Shown one piece after another: positions 15,323 to 24,928 of a stretch of 25,516 nt of DNA. The stretch's first letter is position 1, and every line of letters starts with the position of its first letter. The position numbers were made by a program, and so were the translations under genes. Below the pieces are notes generated by a model. It was not told where the DNA came from, made no database searches, and saw nothing but the letters and a program-made list of their open reading frames with translations. Location: positions 1 through 25,516 of the IMG/VR virus record IMGVR_UViG_3300008255_000444; one strand, given 5' to 3'. Source of the stretch: a virus. Lineage: Duplodnaviria > Caudoviricetes.

Positions 15323-17076
15323 AGCGTCCCCCGCCGCTTCATGTCCCGGTTGACCGCCGGAACCCGCGCCAGCGCCTCCGCCACCGCGAGGCGGACGGCG
15401 GCCTGGACCGCGGCGGGGTCGGTCGAGCCCCGCGCATCGACGTGGATGACCGGCCCGCCGCCGCCCCCGCCGCCGGAGGCCGCGACGCCGAGCCGCCCGT
15501 CCGCCCCGCGCCGGAGCGGCATGATCGCCTCCTTCCCCGCCTCGCCCATCAGACCCATCCCGCCCGGCATCGGAAAAGCGGTCGGCCCGTTCACTATCCC
15601 GCCGCTGGCGAAGGGCACGACGTTCCCGCCCTTGAACGCGGCGCCATTCGCGAACGACCCGAACGCGAACGGCCCGGCGCCGAAGAGGTCGAAGAGCGAG
15701 GCCGAGCCGCCTTTGCCGCCGAGCGCATTCAGGAATGAGCCGAAAGGCCCGGCGCCGGCCAGCCCCTGAAGCCCCGCTGCGACGAGCTGCCCGACGACCG
15801 CCCGCATCGCGTCCTCGAAGCTCCGCGCATTGGCCACCGCCTGCGCGATCCCTGTCGAGAACTGCGCGAAGCTCTGCCGCGCCGCCTCAGTCGCCTGCTC
15901 CGTCTTCTCCAGCGCGGCGAGCCGGGCATCCTCCGCCTCCTTCAGCCGGATTACGTTGTCCGCCGCCTGGATGTATTCGACCTTCAGGCCAAGGATCGCG
16001 ACGCGGTGCGCCTCGGTTACCGTCGCCCCGTCCGCGCCCGCCTTGGCAAGCAGGTCCTGCCCCAGTCGCGCCGCCTGCTGGCGGGCCCGGAGCCGTTCGA
16101 GCTCCGCGCCGACGAGCCCGATACCCGCCGCCTCCTCTCGCAGCGCCTGGATGCGCGCCTGCGCCGCCGCCGTGAAGTCCGCCGCCTCGCGCGGTTTCGA
16201 GCCGCCGCCCGCAGCCCGGGAGCCCGACGACGCAAGATCGGCGAAGTCGGCTTCCGACGCCTTGATCGCCTTCTGGATCGCGATCTCAGCCAGCGTCGCC
16301 TCGGCCTCGAGTCGCTTCCGCCGGTCCATCAACTCCGGAAGCGCGTCTTCATAGTCTCGGAGCTGCTGCTCCAGCCGGAGCTGCTGCCCCCGCCGGTTGC
16401 GACCTGAGCCCGTCGCCTCGGTCGGATCAGGGCGCGCGGCGATGTCTCCCTGAACCGTCGCGAGCAGCGCCGTCCGCTCCGCCTGGACCGCTTGCTGGCG
16501 CTTGATCTCCAGCTCAAGAAGTGACTTCTTCGCCTCGAACTCCCGCTTCGTGTCGGCGAAGATGGAGTTCGAGGCGGAGCTTTGCGCCGTCGCAGTAGCG
16601 CTGATCGCATCGGCATAGGCCTTGGCGGACTGCTCCAGGTCCCGCACGCCGCCGTCAAGCGCCCCCGTCGAGAGCGCCAGGCGATCAATCTGCTCCTGCG
16701 AGCTTTCGGCGTTCTCGCCCATCCCGAGGAACGCCGAACCGGCCACCGCCACCACCGCGACGATGGCGCCGATCACTGCGCCGACCGGCCCGAAGGCTCC
16801 GGCGATCTGCGGACCCTGCTGCGCGAAGATGATCGCCGCGCTGGTGCCCATCTGCGCCTGAACGGCGATGTCCTGGAACTGCTGCGCGACGTTCCCGATC
16901 TGGAACGATCTGCCGAATCGGCTCCCGGTTGTCGCCAGCCGGGAGTCGAGCCGGGCCGCCCGCGCCTCGACGCTCGCCGCCGTCCGGTCGAACTGCGCTC
17001 GGGTGCGGTTCATGTTCGCATGGAACCGGTCCGCGTTCGCGTCGATCCGGACCTGAAGCGCGGCGAAGTCATCCAT
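15319..17076 (-). CDS. Tail tape measure protein (585 aa)
   Basis: QFQDIAVQAQMGT..IFAQQGPQI, long Ala/Glu/Gln helical body, C-terminal PFASGGIVNGPTAFPMPGGMGLMGEAGKEAIMPLRRGADGRLGV. Confidence 0.93.
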   Translation of the reverse strand: MDDFAALQVRIDANADRFHANMNRTRAQFDRTAASVEARAARLDSRLATTGSRFGRSFQIGNVAQQFQDIAVQAQMGTSAAIIFAQQGPQIAGAFGPVGAVIGAIVAVVAVAGSAFLGMGENAESSQEQIDRLALSTGALDGGVRDLEQSAKAYADAISATATAQSSASNSIFADTKREFEAKKSLLELEIKRQQAVQAERTALLATVQGDIAARPDPTEATGSGRNRRGQQLRLEQQLRDYEDALPELMDRRKRLEAEATLAEIAIQKAIKASEADFADLASSGSRAAGGGSKPREAADFTAAAQARIQALREEAAGIGLVGAELERLRARQQAARLGQDLLAKAGADGATVTEAHRVAILGLKVEYIQAADNVIRLKEAEDARLAALEKTEQATEAARQSFAQFSTGIAQAVANARSFEDAMRAVVGQLVAAGLQGLAGAGPFGSFLNALGGKGGSASLFDLFGAGPFAFGSFANGAAFKGGNVVPFASGGIVNGPTAFPMPGGMGLMGEAGKEAIMPLRRGADGRLGVAASGGGGGGGPVIHVDARGSTDPAAVQAAVRLAVAEALARVPAVNRDMKRRGTL

Positions 17077-17227
17077 CGGGGTAGCGCCTCATGAGCTCGT
17101 CAAGCCTCTTCACGTCGTCGTCGGTCGGGGCGTCGTCGGAAATCCCGTTCGCGCCCCGCCACCCTTCCAGAGCCGCCAGAAAGTCGTGCAGCGTCGCCGC
17201 CCGGACCTCGTCCGGCCGCCAGCCCAT
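17069..17227 (-). CDS. Tail assembly chaperone T portion (gpGT C-terminus), absent from the ORF track
   Basis: MGWRPDEVRAATLHDFLAALEGWRGANG...LDELMRRYPDG*, in the -1 frame of the upstream chaperone and open from the slippery site. Confidence 0.8.
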   Translation of the reverse strand: MGWRPDEVRAATLHDFLAALEGWRGANGISDDAPTDDDVKRLDELMRRYPDG

Positions 17228-17256
17228 CGCCCCCCCGGCGACGAGCCAGGGCCTGA

Positions 17257-17580
17257 TCAGGAAACGGGCGTCGCCGCTTCCGTCTTTCCGGCGGCGTCTC
17301 CGTTTCCCGCATCGGCCTTGAAAGCGGCCCGGAGCGCCTCCAGCGCGGCGTCCCGCGCCGGCTGGATCCCGGCGTCGTCGATCACCACGCCCGCGCTGGC
17401 GTCCTCGCCTGCGCCCTTCAGCCCGGCCGCCACGGTCGCCAGCAACTCCCGCAGCGTGTAGATGTTGGAGGCCAGCGCGCTCAGGACGACTGCGGGCGCG
17501 TAAGCCGCGTCCGTCATCTCCTCCAGCGCTCCGATTGTGATGCGGAGGGTCCGCTCGCCGAGCTTCACGTCGCCCTTCAT
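17257..17580 (-). CDS. Tail assembly chaperone G (GTA gp10-like)
   Basis: Between tail tube and tape measure; LGERTLRITIGALEEM; alternative GTG start at 17583. Confidence 0.8.
   Translation of the reverse strand: MKGDVKLGERTLRITIGALEEMTDAAYAPAVVLSALASNIYTLRELLATVAAGLKGAGEDASAGVVIDDAGIQPARDAALEALRAAFKADAGNGDAAGKTEAATPVS
17302..17308 (-). promoter_or_regulatory. Programmed -1 frameshift slippery heptamer G GGA AAC
   Basis: XXXYYYZ in the correct phase near the 3' end of gene G; -1 frame open to 17069. Confidence 0.8.
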
Positions 17581-18008
17581 CACGCTTCCGCCGTGAAGGA
17601 CGGCGCGCCCGCGCCTTCCATGGTGATGTCGAACCCGCTCACGCCGTCATAGGGCCCGTTGAAGGTCATGTTCGTGATGATCACCGGCACGACCCACGTC
17701 CCGACATAGGGCACGATCACCTGGACGTTGCGGATCACGTCCCCCGCAAAATCCTCGTAGAGGGACTGGATCGGCTCGATCGCCTTGCCGATCCCGTTCC
17801 CGCTGATCGACATGCTCTTCACGCCGTTGATCGAAGCACGCCAGAGGATGTCGTCGACGTCCACGTCGTCCGCCGTCGTCACGTCGATGGCGTTCCCGTT
17901 GATCGTCAGCGTCGCGCTCTGCAGCGCCCCGATCGTGGTGAACGCCTCGGTCGGCGTCGCGCCGTCGCCGCGCTTGATAAGCAGTTCCGAGCCGCGTTTC
18001 GCAGCCAT
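17580..18008 (-). CDS. Major tail tube protein, TP901-1/GTA family
   Basis: MAAKRGSELLIKRGDGATPTEAFTTIG, IDVTTAD, GVKSMSISGNG; AGGAGG SD. Confidence 0.9.
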   Translation of the reverse strand: MAAKRGSELLIKRGDGATPTEAFTTIGALQSATLTINGNAIDVTTADDVDVDDILWRASINGVKSMSISGNGIGKAIEPIQSLYEDFAGDVIRNVQVIVPYVGTWVVPVIITNMTFNGPYDGVSGFDITMEGAGAPSFTAEA

Positions 18009-18047
18009 GTCAGCCTCCTGGGTTTAAGAGCGCGCAGGCCGCGCGAA

Positions 18048-18488
18048 TTAGCCGATGGTCTCGGCGTCGGGTGCGCTGAACCGGCACGTGAACCGGGTCT
18101 GCAGCGCATAGAGCGTGCGCTCGGCGATCTCGCCGACGCTGAATTGCATACCCGCAGGGCGATGCTCGATCATGCTGTCCCAGGGCGCGCCGACTGCTGT
18201 CAGAATGCGCGTCTCGATCTGGGCGGCGATGGAGTCCATCGCGTCGTCCGCGGCGTCCGTCCCGTCCCGGCCAAAAGCGATGATCGTGACGTCCACCGTG
18301 ACCGTCCGGAGCGTCTCCTCCGTCCGGTCCAGCCACTCGATGGTCTCGGCCGCCGTGACGATGTTGACGGCCGGGCACTCCGCCTCGGAATAATCCCGCG
18401 CGCGGCTGGCGGAGAGCGTGACCACGCCTGTCATTCCGCCCAGCGCCGCCAGAAAGGCGTCGCGAACCTGCTTTCGCACATGCGCCAT
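18048..18488 (-). CDS. Tail completion/terminator protein
   Basis: MAHVRKQVRDA, PAVNIVTAAETI, DDAMDSIAAQIE; position before tail tube. Confidence 0.75.
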   Translation of the reverse strand: MAHVRKQVRDAFLAALGGMTGVVTLSASRARDYSEAECPAVNIVTAAETIEWLDRTEETLRTVTVDVTIIAFGRDGTDAADDAMDSIAAQIETRILTAVGAPWDSMIEHRPAGMQFSVGEIAERTLYALQTRFTCRFSAPDAETIG

Positions 18489-18787
18489 CAGGTCCGCCTC
18501 AAATCCATCACGGCCATCCCGCGCCCGTCGAAACCGGGCGCTCCGGCCAGCCAGTCAGCGCCCCCGGCGGTCACCTCCGCGCCGTCCGTCATGTCGTGAA
18601 CGTCCGCCGCCCGGGCGGAGAGCCGAGCGACGTGGACCTGCCCGCTCCGGTCGAAAGCCCCGTCGCGGTCCGCTTCCCGCCGAAAGACGGCGGTGATCGT
18701 CCGCGCCTCACCGCCCACAGGCGTGATGACGACGGCCTCCCCGAAGGTCGCGGCGAACACGTCGGGGAGGCCGTCGAAGACGCTCAC
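18488..18787 (-). CDS. Head-tail joining protein (gpFII-like)
   Basis: MSVFDGLPDVFAATFGEAVVITP...DGRGMAVMDL; synteny; TGATG coupling. Confidence 0.75.
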   Translation of the reverse strand: MSVFDGLPDVFAATFGEAVVITPVGGEARTITAVFRREADRDGAFDRSGQVHVARLSARAADVHDMTDGAEVTAGGADWLAGAPGFDGRGMAVMDLRRT

Positions 18788-18789
18788 GA

Positions 18790-19155
18790 TCAGATCGTCA
18801 CCGCAGCCGGGGCGGCGCCAGTGAGCACAACCGAGCCCGTGGCGGAGGGGTTCGCCGCCGCCGCCGCCGCGAAGCCGATCAGGATGTTTCCGGCGGTGGT
18901 GGCCGTGGTCGCCACCGCGCCGCCGACCGCATCATCGTCCCAGTAGATCGCGGCGCCCTGCGTCCAGGCCTGCGCCGAGACCTTCGGCAGGGTAAAGACG
19001 CCGCGGCGCTGCACCTCGACATCGGCGCCGGCCGCCGCGTCATGCAGCGCGACGCCGAAGCAGACGCCGACGCGGACGCCGGCGCCGGAGACGACGCCGC
19101 CGGAAGGGGCGACGAGGGTGACGACCTCGCCCGCCTGAGTATAGTTCGTGGCCAT
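18790..19155 (-). CDS. DUF2190 family capsid cement/decoration protein
   Basis: MATNYTQAGEVVTLVAPSGGVVSG, FGVALHDAAAG, GVFTLPK, QGAAIYWD; GAGGAGG SD. Confidence 0.9.
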   Translation of the reverse strand: MATNYTQAGEVVTLVAPSGGVVSGAGVRVGVCFGVALHDAAAGADVEVQRRGVFTLPKVSAQAWTQGAAIYWDDDAVGGAVATTATTAGNILIGFAAAAAANPSATGSVVLTGAAPAAVTI

Positions 19156-19180
19156 GGGGGCCTCCTCTTGGGATCAGGGT

Positions 19181-19206
19181 GAAACGCCCGGCCCGAAGGC
19201 CGGGCG
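19181..19206 (-). terminator. C(UUCG)G hairpin with short U-tract after the capsid gene (weak terminator or mRNA stabiliser)
   Basis: CGCCCGGCC-TTCG-GGCCGGGCG-TTTC on the - strand. Confidence 0.65.
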
Positions 19207-19214
19207 CGCGGTCG

Positions 19215-21290
19215 TCAGGCCTGCGGGTTCTTCCAGCCGCCGCGATAGTCGCTCGCGCCCAGCCCGAAGTCGTGCTCGAGCGTCAGGGACATCCCCTGCC
19301 GGCCAAACGGCTCCTCCATCCGCACTCGCGGCGCCTCGGCCCCGTTCAGATAGCCGTAGACGAAGCAGGCCGCCCCTGGCGTCGCCGGATCGGCGAAGAG
19401 ATACCAGGGGTTCGCCGTCAGGTGCGCCGTGGTGACGACCTGCAGCTTGCCGACGAACGGGTTGAAGTTGCCGGCCGATTCCGCGGAGATCGGCGCGACG
19501 TGCTGCTCCGCCAGCGTCTCGTGCTGCGGCGGCACGACCAGATAGCGCGGGGCGACGTTGATCTTCTGCCCGCCCAGCGTCGTCTGCGCCCGCATCGCCG
19601 CCCGGCCCGCCGCGAGCGTGGTGACGGAGATCGCGGCGCCTGCCGAAGCGAGGTTGCCGTGGTCGGCGTGGAAGACCCGCTTTCCGTCGGAAAGCAGCGT
19701 TCCCGCCGCGTCGAAGAAGGCGTAGAATTTCGCCTCCTCGAAATGCGCGATCGAGGCGCCCTGGTCGGAGAGCACCTGGTCGATGGCGTTCAGGTCGTCG
19801 TTGACGATCATCTCCCGGCTGAGGGACATCCCGATACCGTAGGCGGAGAGCACGGCGACCTCGCGATTGTCTCCGAACGTCCCCCACTTGATTTCCCCTG
19901 CCTGGCCGACCGGCTGGAGCTGCGGGAAATCGCCCGTCCGCACCATCGGATGCGGCCGGAAGTCGTTGAAGTTCCGCTGCCGCGCCAGCATGCGGTAGGT
20001 CGGCTCCTGCCGCTGGTAGCGCTCCAGAAGCCCCTTGTTCAGGGCGTTCTCGAAGATGCCCACGAAGTCGGAGGTCGTGTGGAACGCCGCCATCATCACC
20101 CGCTCGCGGTCGGCGTAGCGGATCAGCGAGCCGTCATGGCCGACGGCCTCGGCCGCCATCTCGACGATCCCCTTCGCCATAAAGGGCTTCGCCCGGTCAT
20201 CTTCCGGCGCCGCGCGGTTGATCCGGGCGACGAGCGCGGCGGACATGCCCGCCCGCATCGTCTCCCGCTCGTCCCGCAGGATGCGCGGCGTGGGGCGCGG
20301 CGCGTAGCCGGATTCGCGGCTCCCGGAGGCGTCGGCCCACATGTCGATGATCTTGGCGCGGGCCTGATCGACGCTGAGGCCCTCCGCGATCATCGCCGTC
20401 GCCGCATCCGGGTCCAGCCCCGCCTTCCGCACCGCCGCCATGATCGCCGCGCTGCGCTCGCGCTCCGCCTTCACGGCGGCGGCGGACGCCGCCTCCGCGG
20501 CCCTGGTCATGTCGGCGGCGGTCATCGTCACCCCGCCTTCCAACGCGGCGCCGTCGTTCTCGTTGTGCGACGTCGGGGTCGTCCCGCCCGCCTTGTCCTT
20601 CTCTTTGTCGGTCATCGCGACCTCCTTCTGCTTGGCGGCGGGCGAAGCCGCCGGTGAAGGGCGCAGACCATCTGCGCCCCATTTCTGACGCGCCGCCATC
20701 GCCACGAGGCGATCCGGCGCGGATGCGTAAAGCTGATAGGGAAAGGCCATGGCCGCGGCGCGGACCTCGCGCTCCCGTGCCTCGACGCGGTCGGCGAAGC
20801 CGCGCTCGACGGCCGCTTCCGGCCCCATCCACACCTCTGCGCGCATGATCTCCCGCGCCTCCTCGGCGGTGATCCCGGCGCGCCGCGCGTAGACGCCGGC
20901 GTATGTGTCGGCGATGGCGTTCAGCGCGTCCGCCTGCCTCTGGTGATCCTCCGCCGTCCCCCGCGTGAAGGCGGAGGGATCGTGGATCATCATCAGCGCG
21001 CCTTCCGCCATAACGATCTCGTCGCCCGCCATCGCGATCAGCGACGCGGCGGAGGCCGCGACGCCCTCGACGATCATGATCACCCGCCCCGGCAGGCCGG
21101 AGAGGACGGCGTGGATCGCCGCGCCTTCCATCGGGTCGCCGCCGCCCGAATTGATCCGCACCGTCAGGTCGCCGGAACGCCCGGAGACGAGGTCGCGCAC
21201 GTCGGCGGCCTGCAGCCCGTCATCGTCCCAGAAGTCGAGCCCGACGGGCCCGTGCAGCAGCAGCTCACCGCTCGCGAGTTTCGCTTTCAT
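19215..21290 (-). CDS. ClpP-like prohead protease / major capsid protein fusion
   Basis: VRINSGGGD, GVAASAASLIAMAGD, MMIHDP, EVWM..EAAVERGFAD; capsid part HTTSDF, DFRP, GEIKWGT, SREMIVNDDL, LFHADHGNL-like, DYRG. Confidence 0.95.
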   Translation of the reverse strand: MKAKLASGELLLHGPVGLDFWDDDGLQAADVRDLVSGRSGDLTVRINSGGGDPMEGAAIHAVLSGLPGRVIMIVEGVAASAASLIAMAGDEIVMAEGALMMIHDPSAFTRGTAEDHQRQADALNAIADTYAGVYARRAGITAEEAREIMRAEVWMGPEAAVERGFADRVEAREREVRAAAMAFPYQLYASAPDRLVAMAARQKWGADGLRPSPAASPAAKQKEVAMTDKEKDKAGGTTPTSHNENDGAALEGGVTMTAADMTRAAEAASAAAVKAERERSAAIMAAVRKAGLDPDAATAMIAEGLSVDQARAKIIDMWADASGSRESGYAPRPTPRILRDERETMRAGMSAALVARINRAAPEDDRAKPFMAKGIVEMAAEAVGHDGSLIRYADRERVMMAAFHTTSDFVGIFENALNKGLLERYQRQEPTYRMLARQRNFNDFRPHPMVRTGDFPQLQPVGQAGEIKWGTFGDNREVAVLSAYGIGMSLSREMIVNDDLNAIDQVLSDQGASIAHFEEAKFYAFFDAAGTLLSDGKRVFHADHGNLASAGAAISVTTLAAGRAAMRAQTTLGGQKINVAPRYLVVPPQHETLAEQHVAPISAESAGNFNPFVGKLQVVTTAHLTANPWYLFADPATPGAACFVYGYLNGAEAPRVRMEEPFGRQGMSLTLEHDFGLGASDYRGGWKNPQA

Positions 21291-22785
21291 CCTCGATCTC
21301 CGTGATTGGGCGATCCTCCGCCCGGGTCGCTCCGGCGCCGCCGCTCTTCGGGCGCCGCCCGTCGCTGTCGAAACCGAGGCCGAGCCGGTCGGCCTCCTTG
21401 TTGTCCGCCGCGATCTCCGCCGTCACCGTCTCGGGGTCGTAGCCGAGAGAGCGGATCACGCTGGAGCGGGACTGGAAGCCAAGGCGCACCGCCTCGCCCA
21501 TCGCCGGCAGCTCCTTCGTGGGGTCCACCAGAACCCGACGCGGCGGCGTCCACGCGAGGCGCGGGCGCCGCGGCAGCCCGTCCGTCATCTCCCACGCATC
21601 GAGGAACCAGTCGGCGAGCCGGTCCATCATCACCGGCACGGCCAGCAGGTGCTGCCAGTCGGAAATGTTCCGGTCCATCTCCATCCGGCCCATCCGGGCG
21701 GAGGAGAAGTTGACGGTCGAAAGGTCGCCGGTCAGCGCCTCGTAGGTGATTCCGAGCCCCGCCGCGACCTCGCGCGCCACCCCGCGCGAGAAGTCGGCGT
21801 AGCCGTCCACGCCCGGCGGCTCGGCGAAGACAATGCTCTCCCCGGGCGTAAGCCGCTGGATCAGCCCCGGCGCCAGCTTGGTCGCGATGTCGCGCGGGTC
21901 CGGGTCCGTCGCGTTCGGATCGTCCTCCAGCGAGGTGCGGAAGGCGGAGAAACACGCCGCCACCTTCTGCCGCATCAGGTGCGCGTCCTGGTAATCGGCG
22001 AGGTCCTGCAGCCGCAGCGCCACCGGCGCGAACCAGGTCACGCCGCGCATCTGCCCCGGACGGTCCTGCCGGTAGAGATGGATCACCTCGGAGGCCGGCA
22101 CGCGGTCGGAGATCAGCCGGTTGCGGAACGACCGCCCGGAGACGGAGGAGCCGGGATGGTCGCGGAAGAGGTGATAGGCGATCCGTCGGCCGAGCGCGTC
22201 GTATTCGATCCCCTCGCGGATGTAGTTCTCCGTCCCGCCGACGCGCCCGTACTTCGCCGTGTCGAGATGGTCCGATTCGAGCAGCTGGAGCTGAAACGGC
22301 AGCGGCAGCTTGTCCTCCGCCCGCCGCCGCCGCCTCCGGATCAGCGCCTCGCCGCTTTCCACCATCGCCCCGAAGGCGAGCTTCTGCAGACCGTAGAGAT
22401 TGCAGCGCCCGTCCGCGTCTATGGCCGTCGTGTCAAGATGCGCCCTGATCAGCTCCAGCCCACGCGCCTTGACCCGCTGGGAAGCGCCCTGCACCGCGGG
22501 AATGATCCCGTCGCCGATCACGTTCGCGACGATCACCGCCTTGCCCCGCGTCGCGAAGGGCGTGTTCCGCACCATGTCGCGGGAGACCTGCGCGAGGCGG
22601 GAGCGCTTCCCCGCCGCTCCGTCCGCGTCCGAAGCGGACGGTCGCCAGCTCTGTCCCCGCCGCCCGCTCGTCGCGGCGTCGTAATTCATGATCGCCCGCC
22701 CCGCGCTCTGCGCCCGGAGCCGGGACAGCGCAAAGGAGGGCGCGACGCTCAGGAGCGCGCGGTCGAACCAGCTTGACGAGGTCAT
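21265..22785 (-). CDS. Portal protein, lambda gpB family
   Basis: YDAA, SRDMVRN, LQLLESDHL, GIEYDALGRRIAYH, RPGQMRGVTW, ITYEALTGDLSTVNFSSARMG, VDPTKE. Confidence 0.95.
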   Translation of the reverse strand: MTSSSWFDRALLSVAPSFALSRLRAQSAGRAIMNYDAATSGRRGQSWRPSASDADGAAGKRSRLAQVSRDMVRNTPFATRGKAVIVANVIGDGIIPAVQGASQRVKARGLELIRAHLDTTAIDADGRCNLYGLQKLAFGAMVESGEALIRRRRRRAEDKLPLPFQLQLLESDHLDTAKYGRVGGTENYIREGIEYDALGRRIAYHLFRDHPGSSVSGRSFRNRLISDRVPASEVIHLYRQDRPGQMRGVTWFAPVALRLQDLADYQDAHLMRQKVAACFSAFRTSLEDDPNATDPDPRDIATKLAPGLIQRLTPGESIVFAEPPGVDGYADFSRGVAREVAAGLGITYEALTGDLSTVNFSSARMGRMEMDRNISDWQHLLAVPVMMDRLADWFLDAWEMTDGLPRRPRLAWTPPRRVLVDPTKELPAMGEAVRLGFQSRSSVIRSLGYDPETVTAEIAADNKEADRLGLGFDSDGRRPKSGGAGATRAEDRPITEIEDESETRER

Positions 22786-22792
22786 GGGTCGG

Positions 22793-22993
22793 TCAGACGC
22801 CCTTCGTGAAGGTCGGGTAGGTTTGCCCGGTCGACGTCGAGCCGTAGACCTGCCGCTTCATGTCCTGCAGGATCGCCCGCATCTCGGCGAGCGAGCGGTA
22901 AGTGACGGATTCCCCGTTGTACTCGACGGAGCGAACCCCGCGCCGAATCGCGCTCTCCAGCGCATCGACCTCAGCCTGCGTCGCGGCGGCCAT
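22793..22993 (-). CDS. Head completion protein (gpW-like)
   Basis: TQAEVDALESAIRRGVRSVEYNGESVTYRSLAEM; between terminase and portal. Confidence 0.88.
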   Translation of the reverse strand: MAAATQAEVDALESAIRRGVRSVEYNGESVTYRSLAEMRAILQDMKRQVYGSTSTGQTYPTFTKGV

Positions 22994-23005
22994 GACCCTC
23001 TCCTC

Positions 23006-24928
23006 TCACAACCAGCTCGGCGGCGGGCTGAAACCCGAGTGCACCGGACCCGGGGTCGGGAGCGCCCCCGCCGGCTCCGCCGCCGGCTTCGGCGTCGGAC
23101 TCCGCCGCTGATCCCCCGGCGAATCCTCCGGCGTCAGCGCCGCCTCCACCCGCTCCGCCGCGCCGGGCCCGGCCTTCCGCATGGCGAGCGGGATACTCTT
23201 CATCGCCGCCATCGCGTAGACCCGGCAGTCCGTCGCCTCGTTCCGCCGGCCCTTCATCACCGTCCAGACCGTGTAGGGCCGCCCGTGCCGGAACCGTGTC
23301 TCGCGCTGCTCGGCCGTCGCCTGGCGCATCCATTCGGCGTCGTAGCCGAGATCCTCGCTCGCCGGCAGGCGGCAGGCCCCGTCGCCCTCCTCGATCTTCC
23401 AGCGGGCGTAGACCGCGTCCTTCGCCGTATCGACGCCGACGAGGAACACCCGGTCTCGGTTCCGCGCCTTCGACATCCGCGGCGGCCAGACCGGCTTGCC
23501 CTGCCCCCCCACGCCCTTGATGGCATAGACCCGCCGCCGGAACCTGGAGCGGCAGAAACCATGCACCGCCGCCGCATGATGCCCGCCGCTGTCCACCGCC
23601 GCCGCCGCGACCCGGATCGTCCGCCCGCCCTCCGTGCTCATCTCGTCCAGCAGCAGCGCGTCAAGCTCGCTCCAGACCGTCTCCTGCGCCGGGTCGCCGT
23701 GCAGCACGACATAGCGCACGCCCCATGATCGCTCCCCCGGCCCCCAGGCGACGATCTCGACCTCGAGCCGGTCGTCCTGCGTGTCGACGCCCGCTGTCGC
23801 GAAGAGCACGTCTTCCGGCAGGCTGTCGGGCCCGTAGACCTCCACGAGGTCTTCCAGCCGGCCGGAGGCGACGCGCTCGCCCTTGTCCTCCCAGGTCTCC
23901 CCGAGCGCGGTGTTGACGAACACCCGGAGCCGTTCCGGGCTTCCCGAGGCGTCGATGAAGCTTTCGACCGTGTCGGAGAGCTTCACCCACGGCGAGATCA
24001 ACTCGTTCATGTGGAACCCGGCGATACCCCGGAACGGCAGCGCCGCCCGCCATTCCCCCTTTGAGATCGCGCGCCAGCGCGCGCCGTCGCTCCAGAGCGA
24101 GCCGCATTCCTCGCAGGCGTATTCGGCGGACTCGGGATAATGCTTCAGCGTCTTGCCAAGCAGGTCCTGATCCCGCCGCCACCGCACGTTCGCCCATTTC
24201 AGCACCTGCGCGTGCCCGCAATCCGGGCAGGGCACGTGGAATCGGCGCTGGTCGCTCTCGTGATAGGCCGCCTCGATGCGCGAGGCCCCCTTCACCGTCG
24301 GGGTCGAGACCATCACCCGCTTCCGGTTCCAGAAGGTCGTCGTCCGCTTCGTCGCCAGCGTGACCGGGTCGCCCTCCGCGCCCGCCGTGACCGGATAGCG
24401 GTCCACCTCGTCCGCCAGCAGCACCCGGATCGGTCGGGAAGCGAGAGAGGCCGGCGAGTTCGCGCCGGCGATGGTGATGTGCCCGCCGGCGAAGCTTTTG
24501 TGCAGGAGCGTGTTGCCGCTGTCCCGCGTTCTCGCGTCCTTCACCCGCCCCTTCAACGCCGGCGTGTCCCGCAGCATCGGAGCCAGCCGATCCTTCGACC
24601 AGGTCTGCGCCATCTCCAACGTCGGCTGCAGGACGAGGATCGGCGACGGGTCCTGGTCGACGAAGAAGCCGACGATGTTGTTCACGATCTCCGTCTTGCC
24701 GACCTGCGCGGAGGACATCACGACGACCGTGTGCGTCTGCGCGTCGCTCGCCGCGTCCATGATCCCGCGCTGGTATTCGGCGCGGGCTGTGTTCCAGCGA
24801 CCGGGCTCGGCGCTTGCTTCGGGGGAAAGCCGGCGATGCGCGTCAGCCCACGCGCTGATCGAGAGGTCGGGCGGCGGCGTCAGCGCCCGCCACCACATTC
24901 TGGTCATCGCCGCCCAGTTTTTCGACAT
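23006..24928 (-). CDS. terL: Terminase large subunit, lambda gpA family (start uncertain, 24907-24958)
   Basis: Walker A SSAQVGKTE, Walker B LLADEVDRY, STPT, CPDC/CEEC Zn site, AGVDTQDDRLE, VDSGG, RRNEATDCRVYA. Confidence 0.96.
   Translation of the reverse strand: MSKNWAAMTRMWWRALTPPPDLSISAWADAHRRLSPEASAEPGRWNTARAEYQRGIMDAASDAQTHTVVVMSSAQVGKTEIVNNIVGFFVDQDPSPILVLQPTLEMAQTWSKDRLAPMLRDTPALKGRVKDARTRDSGNTLLHKSFAGGHITIAGANSPASLASRPIRVLLADEVDRYPVTAGAEGDPVTLATKRTTTFWNRKRVMVSTPTVKGASRIEAAYHESDQRRFHVPCPDCGHAQVLKWANVRWRRDQDLLGKTLKHYPESAEYACEECGSLWSDGARWRAISKGEWRAALPFRGIAGFHMNELISPWVKLSDTVESFIDASGSPERLRVFVNTALGETWEDKGERVASGRLEDLVEVYGPDSLPEDVLFATAGVDTQDDRLEVEIVAWGPGERSWGVRYVVLHGDPAQETVWSELDALLLDEMSTEGGRTIRVAAAAVDSGGHHAAAVHGFCRSRFRRRVYAIKGVGGQGKPVWPPRMSKARNRDRVFLVGVDTAKDAVYARWKIEEGDGACRLPASEDLGYDAEWMRQATAEQRETRFRHGRPYTVWTVMKGRRNEATDCRVYAMAAMKSIPLAMRKAGPGAAERVEAALTPEDSPGDQRRSPTPKPAAEPAGALPTPGPVHSGFSPPPSWL

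Noticed and set aside
18790-19155. RecA/RadA recombinase label sometimes given to DUF2190 proteins
   Set aside because: No Walker motifs; size and position after the capsid gene indicate a structural decoration protein
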